Positions 1-9,356 of a stretch of 64,000 nucleotides of DNA are shown here, piece by piece. The DNA is taken from the NCBI GenBank assembly GCA_965222605.1, contig OZ244960.1:2144001-2208000 (forward strand), in the 5' to 3' direction. Position 1 is the first letter of the stretch, and the number at the start of each line of letters is the position of its first letter. The position numbers and the translations under genes were made by a program. The stretch comes from Candidatus Latescibacterota bacterium. GTDB lineage: Bacteria; Latescibacterota; UBA2968. Below the pieces are notes generated by a model. It was not told the origin of the DNA and did no database searches. It worked only from the letters and a program-made list of their open reading frames with translations.

Positions 1-650
1 GCGGATTTGAATTCTCGGACACGCGGCACTATTGTTCTAAGCTTTGCCAAGTCAGAATCAGGAACATCTCCATCGAATATCTCCCCTTCGCCCACCAGGT
101 CAATCAACTTCTCCACATCCTCATTTCGGAAATGGCGCCAGTATATAAGAAAAAAATCAATCAGGAACCCTTGGAGTCCACGAGGTATACCAGCTTCGTG
201 AATAAACGAATCGACAAATTCTCGTCGATTGGTGCGGTTCAGTTTAATCCCTTCATTTTTGAATCCTTCTTCCCAGAGATCATATGTATAATTGTCCTGC
301 CGCCATCCTATTCTATTTCCATATATATCCCAGAAAGTTTGCACATAATGATCTTTGATAAGCTGACACACACCGGACAATGCAACTGTGAGAGCTTTTC
401 GTTTGACAAAAGATGTAAAAATTAGCCGTCGGCGATAGACTCGGGATTGGAGAGTTTTTTGGATAGACATCAAGTCATCAAGGTGGGCAGACATATCTAT
501 TTCTTCGAATGTAATCCTTTCGGGCATTTTTCGACCAGTTGCGTGAATTTCTTTTTTTACTATCTCCCGTTTCTTCTCAATTATCGCATGCAGTTCATTT
601 ACCTTATTCAAAAAGGTGTCAAAATTATTGATTATATTGATATTAGACAT
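1..650 (-). CDS. Partial hypothetical protein, last visible gene of the DISARM-like operon (runs off window start)
   Basis: Not in the ORF track. Manual translation from ATG at 650 (22 bp after the NERD-helicase stop) is open to base 1: MSNINIINNFDTFLNKVNELH...QTFWDIYGNRIGW...RREFVDSFIHEAGIPRGLQGFLIDFF... Confidence 0.75.
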   Translation of the reverse strand, partial: MSNINIINNFDTFLNKVNELHAIIEKKREIVKKEIHATGRKMPERITFEEIDMSAHLDDLMSIQKTLQSRVYRRRLIFTSFVKRKALTVALSGVCQLIKDHYVQTFWDIYGNRIGWRQDNYTYDLWEEGFKNEGIKLNRTNRREFVDSFIHEAGIPRGLQGFLIDFFLIYWRHFRNEDVEKLIDLVGEGEIFDGDVPDSDLAKLRTIVPRVREFKS

Positions 651-672
651 GACGCTGGACCTGTCTCTTAAA

Positions 673-2430
673 TCACATTTGACTCTGTAAAACAAAAAGC
701 ATAGCATATTCTCTTGCTAGCTGATTGAACTCCTCTTTACAAGCTTTGTGAATGCATACTCCAAGATAGGCATTGGCCCTGGAAAAACTCACGTAGTTGA
801 GCTTCCTGGCTTCAATGGAAACCAGCTCTTCAATATCTGTCACAATTATTACTTTGCTTTCCAGACCCTTAAACTTCCACACCGAAGTATAACGAATGGA
901 ATGAGATGGGTTAAGCCATTCCCGATCAACTTGAATAAGCCTATTGCCAGCAATGCGATCATGATCTGCCAGCACAGATTTCTCTGTATTTTTTGCAGTA
1001 AGAAGGATAATTTCATCAGGTTGGATACCATCCGAAAGAAGACGAGAGACCATATTCTCAACTTTCTTGAATTGGTGTTTGACGCCTCTGTAGTATATTT
1101 TTTCTACCAAGGGACCACTCGTATTCAGACACTCCTGTGGCTCTGTCCCTGATACAAGATCGGTAAAAGTAGCAATCGGCCTTGTATTTCGACAATTTTC
1201 TCTCAATCTAATGTTGCCAGTGCCATATTGTGTTAGATCAAACACTTCATCACCTGTTTCGACGTTAAAGATCGCCTGCTTATCATCCTCAAACCAGGCC
1301 CATCGTCCATCTTTCAATCCTCCCTGAACAAGCCAATCTACTAACTCCACATAGGGCTTGTAATATTTGAAATCCTGCCCTTCATCAATAATCATAACTT
1401 CAAAGGGAGAGTCATCATATAAATGACAGAACGCTTCGGGAAAATACTCTGGTAGCGTCTTCTGAAAAAAATGATGGGTTCCCAAATCTTCTTCAATATC
1501 AGAAACCAATCCGGCTTTTTTGATTATGTTAAGGCAAAATGCATGAAGAGTAGTAACCAGAATCTGATCCTGTAGATCTTCATCCTGTACACTTTTTTTT
1601 AGAGATGACGCCAGAAGAGCATTGAAACAGATAAAAATTACTCGTTCTCCCTTTCGCGCATGGTTCCGCGCTTTCTGCATTGCAAGGAGTGTTTTTCCTG
1701 TTCCTGCACCACCTCGCACAACCACCCGGTCATTTTCCAACGTATCAAGCACTTTGAACTGCCTATCGGTCAGTTTTATCATATTCTGATAGGATTGATT
1801 TACCTGGGTACTCAGGGTGGGCACCAAGTCAAAATCCCGTCTCAGATGATCGCGTAACTCACGAAGGCGAGTGTTTGAAAGTTTGACGGGAAGATGTCCA
1901 ACAACTCGTTCATGTTCTTTTATTCCATAACTATACATCTCCTCCACCAAGGAACTTATACTGTCTTGAAGACTGGCTCCATCATAGACCTTTTTCAGAT
2001 TCCATTCTGGGGATACCTCTTGAAAAAGAATATCCGTAAATAAGACACAATCGCTGAAAACAGTTCTGCCCTGATCAGAATCTTTGCCGAAGTGATCCCA
2101 TATATTCGCTCGCAAAGCATACATGGCTTCTCTCGCCTGTTGCATGGGAGACCTTCGTCGAGAATCCGTCTCATCATAACGATTGGTGAAATACCACACA
2201 CCCATCTCATGGCGGACCCGACCACCCTTCACTTCTAATACAAGGAGACCCCGTTGGGAAACAATGAGAAAATCAATTTCTGAGCTAAAATTTCTTCCAT
2301 GCTTGGCGAGACCAAGCGAATGCATCACAATATAGTTTCCGTCCAGTTCTTCCTTTAATCTATCAAAGAGATATCTTTCCGCATTACTTTTACAATCAGG
2401 ATGGACAAATTCTGGTATCATTACTGCCAT
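673..2430 (-). CDS. NERD-domain nuclease fused to SF1 (UvrD-like/DUF2075) helicase
   Basis: N-terminal NERD motifs (SEIDFLIV...LVLEVKGG...SPMQQA), Walker A GGAGTGKT, IIDEGQD, ENCRNT, KFKGLE, YVSFSRA. Confidence 0.9.
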   Translation of the reverse strand: MAVMIPEFVHPDCKSNAERYLFDRLKEELDGNYIVMHSLGLAKHGRNFSSEIDFLIVSQRGLLVLEVKGGRVRHEMGVWYFTNRYDETDSRRRSPMQQAREAMYALRANIWDHFGKDSDQGRTVFSDCVLFTDILFQEVSPEWNLKKVYDGASLQDSISSLVEEMYSYGIKEHERVVGHLPVKLSNTRLRELRDHLRRDFDLVPTLSTQVNQSYQNMIKLTDRQFKVLDTLENDRVVVRGGAGTGKTLLAMQKARNHARKGERVIFICFNALLASSLKKSVQDEDLQDQILVTTLHAFCLNIIKKAGLVSDIEEDLGTHHFFQKTLPEYFPEAFCHLYDDSPFEVMIIDEGQDFKYYKPYVELVDWLVQGGLKDGRWAWFEDDKQAIFNVETGDEVFDLTQYGTGNIRLRENCRNTRPIATFTDLVSGTEPQECLNTSGPLVEKIYYRGVKHQFKKVENMVSRLLSDGIQPDEIILLTAKNTEKSVLADHDRIAGNRLIQVDREWLNPSHSIRYTSVWKFKGLESKVIIVTDIEELVSIEARKLNYVSFSRANAYLGVCIHKACKEEFNQLAREYAMLFVLQSQM

Positions 2431-4166
2431 GATCTATCCTCTGAGAAATATCCCATTTTTGGGTGTTCGGGAGTACCTGTTACGAGCCCCCGATCCAGAA
2501 AACTATTCATGGTCTCACAGGCTGTCTCTGGAAGTAGCGCACAAGAATGACAAGCACCAAGATTAAGAGAGTCCATTCCCTGGCCCGTCGATTCAATACA
2601 AAGAGGATCGCTAGAACACCATCTGCCCTGTTCGAGTGCTTCCATCAATGTAGATTCAAATCGAGTTTGTTTACCCTGCTGTACCAATCCTCCTAAGCTA
2701 CCTTCAGAATCAGACGCAGCGGTAAAAATTAAGAGCCCCAGCATGGCCTTCTGACCATCATCGGGGTTGGCTGCATAGATACGCTCCTGGAGCGCTGAGG
2801 TGGAATATCCACAGTTAATAGTCAGAGTTCTGATAAGAAGATGAGAAAGACTATGGAGTAGAATAAATTCCGGCGTTACTATCTCATTATGGATCAATCT
2901 GTTTCTTGCAGCAAGTAGCTTTCTTTGGGATTCAATTATCTTTACACGATCCTGTAGCACCACGCTGTTCTGGCGAAACCAATTTTCTACTGCCTCCCGA
3001 CTTAATGCCAAGAAAATTCCTTCACCCAGCACTTCTGTAGCAGGTAGCCAGCCAATTGAGGACTTTTTTATACGTGCAGATAGTTCTCTATTAGGCTCTA
3101 TCCGATTGAAGCCTGTCAATGCCGTAACTACTCGAAGCTTTTTTACCAGAACGACGGTCTCTATCAGACTGCTGAAGTCAGGTGGCACAGGCTCTGGTTG
3201 TGCAACAAAATGGTCTTCTTCAGCAAAGTCAATCGGATCTTTTAGAACCCTGTATTCTGCTTCTTTGAGATCCACACTGTCTTCCCTCTCTTCCTCTCCT
3301 TTATGGTGAAGATAGGCTTGCCATAGATCATTGGACGAAAGATTTTCCTCTTTTGCAATTTGTTCAAGAAACGGCTTAACAATATCTTCTATTTGGACGC
3401 CAAGGTGGGCTCTTACCCACAACTCCTCGACTCTTCTGTAGGCACTGTTTGAATATGGAGGTATGGAAATGGCAGATACTGTATTGGAAAAATGTACGCT
3501 TGTTGCACTTCTCTGCAATACTACAACCGGTTGGTCACACGGTTGCTCATCTTTAAGCCAGGGGCGGGCACCGGAGCATGTAAATCCTCTAAAAGATTCC
3601 GGATTGAAGACATCTGCCATAGTTTTTTGTGCCTCGCACCGACCACAGGAAATTAGAATACTGGAAAGTGACGTAGACATTCCTTCATTCTTGATACTCA
3701 GTTTAGGTCTTTCACAGGGACAACCAATCCACCATTGCCAGGGAAAATCATCGATATGACCTCTGCGACAACACAGAACAAAACGAGTCGGAACCAACCG
3801 GGCACCATCTGGGTCTTCCTCTCTGCAACGTTCACAATGAGTCCCTTTAATACCTCCACCAAATGTGTCAAATGGAGCAAGACGCCTGCAAATCGGACAG
3901 AATACATATTGAGGAAACCGCACACACGGAATCCCATCATCTTTAGCAATTCTACCAAATACGTTTTCTGAAGGCCGAGGCTGTCTGAAACCGGATACAT
4001 CAAGAAATCGTCGCAGCCGACTCTCCGTAACTTCTTCAAGATTTGAAGGAGGCCAGAAATCAAGACCAGATACCATTACAGAATAATCAGCCAGATCAAC
4101 AATGGCACCAGTACTGAATGTAGTAATAAGCTGACTCCTTCTCAGTTCACCAATAATATCAGGCAT
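2421..4166 (-). CDS. drmB: DISARM DrmB-like DUF1998 protein
   Basis: N-terminal GELRRSQLITTFSTGAIVDL; HSLSHLLIR; C-terminal Zn motif CSSDPLC...ACHSCALLPETACE..N.FLDR; directly downstream of drmA. Confidence 0.9.
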   Translation of the reverse strand: MPDIIGELRRSQLITTFSTGAIVDLADYSVMVSGLDFWPPSNLEEVTESRLRRFLDVSGFRQPRPSENVFGRIAKDDGIPCVRFPQYVFCPICRRLAPFDTFGGGIKGTHCERCREEDPDGARLVPTRFVLCCRRGHIDDFPWQWWIGCPCERPKLSIKNEGMSTSLSSILISCGRCEAQKTMADVFNPESFRGFTCSGARPWLKDEQPCDQPVVVLQRSATSVHFSNTVSAISIPPYSNSAYRRVEELWVRAHLGVQIEDIVKPFLEQIAKEENLSSNDLWQAYLHHKGEEEREDSVDLKEAEYRVLKDPIDFAEEDHFVAQPEPVPPDFSSLIETVVLVKKLRVVTALTGFNRIEPNRELSARIKKSSIGWLPATEVLGEGIFLALSREAVENWFRQNSVVLQDRVKIIESQRKLLAARNRLIHNEIVTPEFILLHSLSHLLIRTLTINCGYSTSALQERIYAANPDDGQKAMLGLLIFTAASDSEGSLGGLVQQGKQTRFESTLMEALEQGRWCSSDPLCIESTGQGMDSLNLGACHSCALLPETACETMNSFLDRGLVTGTPEHPKMGYFSEDRSWQ

Positions 4167-4169
4167 ATT

Positions 4170-7100
4170 TCAATCCAGGTAGAGGTTAACTGTGGCATCC
4201 ACATTGCGCAGGTTGTTTAAGGTTCTAAATCCTCTATAATATCCGGTCTCCTCAAATCGGAGCAGTAGGGATTGGTGCTTTTCTTTTTCTAAGTAGTAAT
4301 AAACAGTCCCTTCTCTATTTTTTATTTCTTCCCAAGTATTAACAATGCTATCAAGCATCTGCTCTACAGCATTAACCTCAATATAGTCGATATTGTTAGC
4401 CCTACTAAGAATTTCTTTTTTAATATCGACGACTTTACTACGGTCAAATTTATTTGCATCACTATTTTCTTTCATATTATCCAGAAGGTGCCGTACAAGC
4501 GTTACAAGAATCGCGTGTAGTCCGCGTTTTCTGGCACCAATTGAAAATGGCGTTACGCTGGTTGCTTCGACTTCAGCATAAAGTCTGGAATGATAAAATT
4601 GAAAACGCTCGTAATGGGATCGGTCTCTTGATCTCATATGATTGTATAAGGTGACTACAAGGCCAGGATATTGTCTTCCAACCCGGCTGGTTGCTTGAAT
4701 GTATTCGGCGGTGGTTTTAGGCTGACCGATGACGGACATGAGCCCCAGTCTCGGTACGTCAAGACCAACAGATATCATATTTGTCGCAAGAACTACCTCC
4801 AGAGCATCACAGTCAGGATACTGGTACCAGAGACGTTCCCGAATTTCCTTAAGTTCCTGTTCATTTCGCCGACTGGTTAATTCAAACACTTCCTCGATCT
4901 CCCTCATGCTCTCGTTATCTCTTTCGGCACAAAAACGCAGGTAATCTTTTACGTCATCCATAACCTGGACCCGTGCACTGCCCAGTTCTCGAAGGCTATT
5001 GAAATATCCCATAAATGTCCAGTATGGATCTCTAATTTCATCATTAGCCTTCAGCTTTTTAGCGGAATGAAGCAAGGAAGCAGTAGATCGAATGAAGGTG
5101 GTGGTTCCGGTTTTCCCCGGTGTGAAAATTCCTACATACTTCCTTGCAGGTTTTTCTCGATCTTCACGGGCAAAAAATGAGTCTCTGGCATCAAGAAACG
5201 GAGGAGGAAACTGTGCAAATTGACGGTCAAAAAGGGCCTGTACCTGACTCGCTGCATTTTTTATAGTAGCAGTGGATGCAATAATCTTAGGACGATGAGA
5301 ATTTCTGGTTGATAGCAGATCTACGGCGGTTTCATAAAGACCAGCCAATGTGCCTAAGGGACCAGAAATCAAGTGTAACTCATCCTGGATAATCAGATCG
5401 GGTGGAGGTGTCTCGCCATCTGTTCCAAAAAAGTTACCTGCGTTCTCTACCCAAGGAAGGCGTGCAAACTTATCGATTGTTCCGATAATTAGAGATGGCC
5501 GAACTTCGTAAATATCTTCATCGACAAAATGAACCGGCAATCCGTCGTGAAAGCAGCAGGATTCGTCAGGACATCTTACTTGAGGGAGGTCGTTATCATA
5601 ATCTGCAGCAGAAATCTCTGTGCCACAATAAGGACATTTGGTCAATACCATCGGATTGGGCATTCCGGGTTCAGGTGAACCCTGTTGACACTGACGCATG
5701 AGCTGTCGATATCCCTTCTCGTAGTTATTATTAATGTTGATTTTGTTCGGAGTTCCTCCCCCTCCAACCCACAATCCAATCGATATAGGAGCAGTCTTCT
5801 GAACGTCCAGTTCTTCTCTACGGACTTTTTCACAGGCACAGATCATAGCTGCCGAGCGTTCAAACTGATCCGCTGTCAGCAACCGCAAAGTATATCTGGT
5901 TATCACTGATGTACCGCCGCCATCATGGTGTTTCTCTTTTCCCCTGAGCCGGCGCAAAAAAAGTGCAAAGGCGGTAAGTCCAAGATACGCTTCAGTTTTG
6001 CCGCCTCCGGTAGGAAACCAAAGAAGATCTGCGATCGATCTATCATCCGACGAATTGTTTCCGACCGACTCAAGGCAAAGTAAAATAAAAGCAATCTGGA
6101 AGGGATACCATTCATGGCCTGAGTTATAGTCAGGCTTGCCACTATATTGTCTTTTTTTCCAATCCGACAATGCGAAGACGATCAGCATAGCTTTGTGTGC
6201 AAGCTGAAATGCTCGGAGGATTAGAGGATCACCGAGAACATTAATCCCTTTCTTCATTCTTTGTAGAGCCTGTAAACAGGACTTCTGCTGTTCTTGAGCA
6301 ACGGCGATAAAATCATCGTTTATCTTTTTATTTTTACTGACAGAGATGTTCTCGATTTCTTTTGAATTTTCTTTAATCCAATTCTCATAGATGTTGGTAA
6401 TATTGCCAAAGAGGTCTTTAAGATCATCTGGACTGGCATTGGCAATTTCGCTTAGAAAGAATGGGGGAAGATTTAGATCCTTCGGAGGAGTCAGAGGATA
6501 TATATCATATTCAGGGATAAAGCAGCATTCAATTCGTAAACATCTATTTTTCACTGGATCATCCCATTTTGCTGAACACCCATGTCCGGTTGCAAAATTT
6601 TTCTGGTGGCGATAAAGTAGATAAAAGGCTTTATTTTCGTCTCCTCCTTCTTGGCGTCCATCAAATGGCCTCTCGGTGAATATCCGCTGACCATCTTTCC
6701 CTGAAACTGAGAAATGAACCTGATAGAAACTGTTTTCGGCAATGTCCTTAAAAGGGACGAAACTGCTTCGGGACCGTCGAGAGTTATCATCTTCATCTCT
6801 CAAAGGTTTCACTACATTCCTGTTAATTAAGGATATAGTAATAGAAACCTGGCCTTCCTGTGACGGCTCTCTATATTTTATGTAGGCATCCAAACCGTCA
6901 CATACTTTCACACTCTTTTTAGTATTTTTACGAATAATAGGAAGTTCAAGTTTTGATGCTCCTGTACTTTCCACCCAGTCTGGTGTGATACTTTTTCGTT
7001 TCCACTGTAGATCGACATCCTTATCCTCAGACGGAGTAAGTTCGTAACGTCCTGCATCCACTTCCAGCATGATAGACCTGGTGTCCTCTGAGCAAGTAAA

Positions 7101-7382
7101 GGTGATCCCATAGCAGGATGGTCTGCGGACATTACTCTGAGCAAGTTTTCCTTCACTTTCTCCCGATTCACCGAACTCGTTTTCTATATCCTCGTCATCT
7201 TCTATTGAAGTTAGTACTTCAGGAGGAAAAAGAATCCCTGTAGAGTATCGATGCATGGGTGTGTCATCTTCATCTCTGTAGGCAATAGTCTCGTTCATTC
7301 CATTGTAAGGTCCAAAAAAATCTCTTTTCAGGAGTTCCAGCATGCCCCCCCTAAAATCTTCATGAGTTTTGATATCTTCCAT
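4170..7382 (-). CDS. drmA: DISARM DrmA-like SF2 helicase
   Basis: WYPFQIAF, LLWFPTGGGKTEAYLG, RYTLRLLT, PPDLIIQDELHLISGPLGT, ATNMISVGLDVPRL, QPKTTAEYIQATSRVGR; start taken at ATG 7382 (MEDIK), 2 bp after the upstream stop. Confidence 0.92.
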   Translation of the reverse strand: MEDIKTHEDFRGGMLELLKRDFFGPYNGMNETIAYRDEDDTPMHRYSTGILFPPEVLTSIEDDEDIENEFGESGESEGKLAQSNVRRPSCYGITFTCSEDTRSIMLEVDAGRYELTPSEDKDVDLQWKRKSITPDWVESTGASKLELPIIRKNTKKSVKVCDGLDAYIKYREPSQEGQVSITISLINRNVVKPLRDEDDNSRRSRSSFVPFKDIAENSFYQVHFSVSGKDGQRIFTERPFDGRQEGGDENKAFYLLYRHQKNFATGHGCSAKWDDPVKNRCLRIECCFIPEYDIYPLTPPKDLNLPPFFLSEIANASPDDLKDLFGNITNIYENWIKENSKEIENISVSKNKKINDDFIAVAQEQQKSCLQALQRMKKGINVLGDPLILRAFQLAHKAMLIVFALSDWKKRQYSGKPDYNSGHEWYPFQIAFILLCLESVGNNSSDDRSIADLLWFPTGGGKTEAYLGLTAFALFLRRLRGKEKHHDGGGTSVITRYTLRLLTADQFERSAAMICACEKVRREELDVQKTAPISIGLWVGGGGTPNKININNNYEKGYRQLMRQCQQGSPEPGMPNPMVLTKCPYCGTEISAADYDNDLPQVRCPDESCCFHDGLPVHFVDEDIYEVRPSLIIGTIDKFARLPWVENAGNFFGTDGETPPPDLIIQDELHLISGPLGTLAGLYETAVDLLSTRNSHRPKIIASTATIKNAASQVQALFDRQFAQFPPPFLDARDSFFAREDREKPARKYVGIFTPGKTGTTTFIRSTASLLHSAKKLKANDEIRDPYWTFMGYFNSLRELGSARVQVMDDVKDYLRFCAERDNESMREIEEVFELTSRRNEQELKEIRERLWYQYPDCDALEVVLATNMISVGLDVPRLGLMSVIGQPKTTAEYIQATSRVGRQYPGLVVTLYNHMRSRDRSHYERFQFYHSRLYAEVEATSVTPFSIGARKRGLHAILVTLVRHLLDNMKENSDANKFDRSKVVDIKKEILSRANNIDYIEVNAVEQMLDSIVNTWEEIKNREGTVYYYLEKEKHQSLLLRFEETGYYRGFRTLNNLRNVDATVNLYLD

Positions 7383-7384
7383 TG

Positions 7385-9286
7385 CTAAATCTCCTTCCAG
7401 TCCTTGCAAAATCCTAAGCCCATAATTCTGACTCCTGACCACAAACAGGATGTCAGAAATTTTCGAGGTACTACTTCCTTCATACCGGCATCTCCAATCT
7501 CAGTAACAATATCTCTAATCCAGAGCCCTGTGATCTGGTGGGGTACTTTCTTAACCACATTTCCAAATCTTGTTTCGGAGATTGACTGTCTAAGTGCATA
7601 GCCAAAATATCGATCAGTTGTACCAATGGATCTCTGTTGATCAATTTCACCTACACAGATGTCATATATGGGAATCCGATTTTCACTGATCAAAAATCTC
7701 AGGGTTACGGAATCTCCGTAATTGAAATTTCGTATTCTTTCTTGGTTTTCATAGATTTTTTTGACAGAGCCATATTTTTTTTCAGAAACAAAGGAGTGAA
7801 TATCAATATCTCTTTCCAGCCCGACTTCAAGGCTTTTTAGAGGTTGCCAAGGTCCGTATCTTCCATATACGAACGGTGTTTCAACCCATCGATTCACTTT
7901 GTTACGACGCAATCCATCCCGTCGTCCTGCATCCAACCTGTAAAGTTTATTCCTTGCGCGTGTCAAACCTACAAATAAAACTCGCGTTTCATCCTCAGCA
8001 TTTTCATCAACAAGAGGTTCGTCAGAGTCAATTGCCTCCTCAATACCCTGATCATCTCCGACCACAACTGCCACTTGATCAAATTCCCTCCCTTTGGATC
8101 GATGGATGGTTGAAAGGATGAGGTCATGATCTGTCGATACCTCTGTCTCAGGAAAAACAGCATCTGTTCTCAATGCCTGGCGTAAAAGATTGAGATCAAG
8201 TAATATACTATTTTTTCTTTGTCGTACGATTCGCAGAAGCGCGTCCCACATTTCTTGCGAATCCATACTTCCATCTCCCAAGCGTTCCTCAAAAAGTGGG
8301 ATGAAATCACGCTTACGAATTTCCGAAGACGACCAGCCCAAGAATAACCAGCCCACCCAATAAGGCACAGTTTTTTCATCTCTCCTTTTCTGGATTCTAA
8401 AAGACCTATCCATACTTTTCAGACAGGAAGCCAGCCGATAGACTTGGCCGTTGTCTCTACAGAGAAAGCAGGATCTATTATTTCTAAAATTATTCGGAAC
8501 TGAGGGATTGGATAGCTCTCCAAGAGATTCGAGAAACTGATATTCTTCGAATAGGTAGGCGGCTGCCATCGGTTTATTGTTCAAGATCAGTTTTCGCCCT
8601 TTTTCAGATATTTCTTCAAGCACCGGATTGTCTCTAATGCGATAATTCCTCTGGAATTCTATGTTAGTATCCAGTTCAGGGAAAAACTTCCTTACCTGAT
8701 TAAGGAATTCTGTAGATGTCATTGCATCTGGCTGTTTACTGATCTGAAAATCATAGATACCCTGTGCTGAATCACCCAGAAGAGTAAAGCCACAATCTAC
8801 CTGCCGGAGTATCTGTAGGGTCATCTCTGCTCGTGAGCCTACCAAGTCCTGAATTTCATCCACCAGTACGTGGCGATACCTCTGGAGCTCTTCCATTGCT
8901 TTTTCATTAGACACTATGAGTTCGGTAGCTTTTTCGATTCTGGATTCGTAATCCCAATCCCCTGCGAGGGATTCCCGGCCAGTGACATCAATTATGAATC
9001 GACTGGCAAAAGAGTCGAAAGTCCGTATTTGTGTTCGAAGCAAGTCTTCTGTAATAGATTCCTTTTCAACTGCATCCTTAAGTCGAGATTTAACTTCAGC
9101 TACTGCAGCAACAGAAAAACTCAGCACCAAAATTTCAGAACCTGGCTCTAACTCTTCTTCCTTAGCCAAAAATTCAAGACGTTTCAATAGACAGTGTGTC
9201 TTACCTGTACCGGGACCTGCTTGAACAAGGAGTTGTGCCGATGCCCTTGCAAATACCACCTTTTTTTGTTCACCGGTGAGATCCAT
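7385..9286 (-). CDS. UvrD/REP-family SF1 helicase with unknown C-terminal extension
   Basis: QAGPGTGKT, LVDEIQD, LGDSAQGIY, NYR, STIHRSKGREFD, ETRVLFVGLTRAR. Confidence 0.9.
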   Translation of the reverse strand: MDLTGEQKKVVFARASAQLLVQAGPGTGKTHCLLKRLEFLAKEEELEPGSEILVLSFSVAAVAEVKSRLKDAVEKESITEDLLRTQIRTFDSFASRFIIDVTGRESLAGDWDYESRIEKATELIVSNEKAMEELQRYRHVLVDEIQDLVGSRAEMTLQILRQVDCGFTLLGDSAQGIYDFQISKQPDAMTSTEFLNQVRKFFPELDTNIEFQRNYRIRDNPVLEEISEKGRKLILNNKPMAAAYLFEEYQFLESLGELSNPSVPNNFRNNRSCFLCRDNGQVYRLASCLKSMDRSFRIQKRRDEKTVPYWVGWLFLGWSSSEIRKRDFIPLFEERLGDGSMDSQEMWDALLRIVRQRKNSILLDLNLLRQALRTDAVFPETEVSTDHDLILSTIHRSKGREFDQVAVVVGDDQGIEEAIDSDEPLVDENAEDETRVLFVGLTRARNKLYRLDAGRRDGLRRNKVNRWVETPFVYGRYGPWQPLKSLEVGLERDIDIHSFVSEKKYGSVKKIYENQERIRNFNYGDSVTLRFLISENRIPIYDICVGEIDQQRSIGTTDRYFGYALRQSISETRFGNVVKKVPHQITGLWIRDIVTEIGDAGMKEVVPRKFLTSCLWSGVRIMGLGFCKDWKEI

Positions 9287-9356
9287 GATCTATCCTGACT
9301 TCAGGTTGTGTTTGTAATATTCACAGTTTGAAATGAATTTATCAGACAAGTTCATC

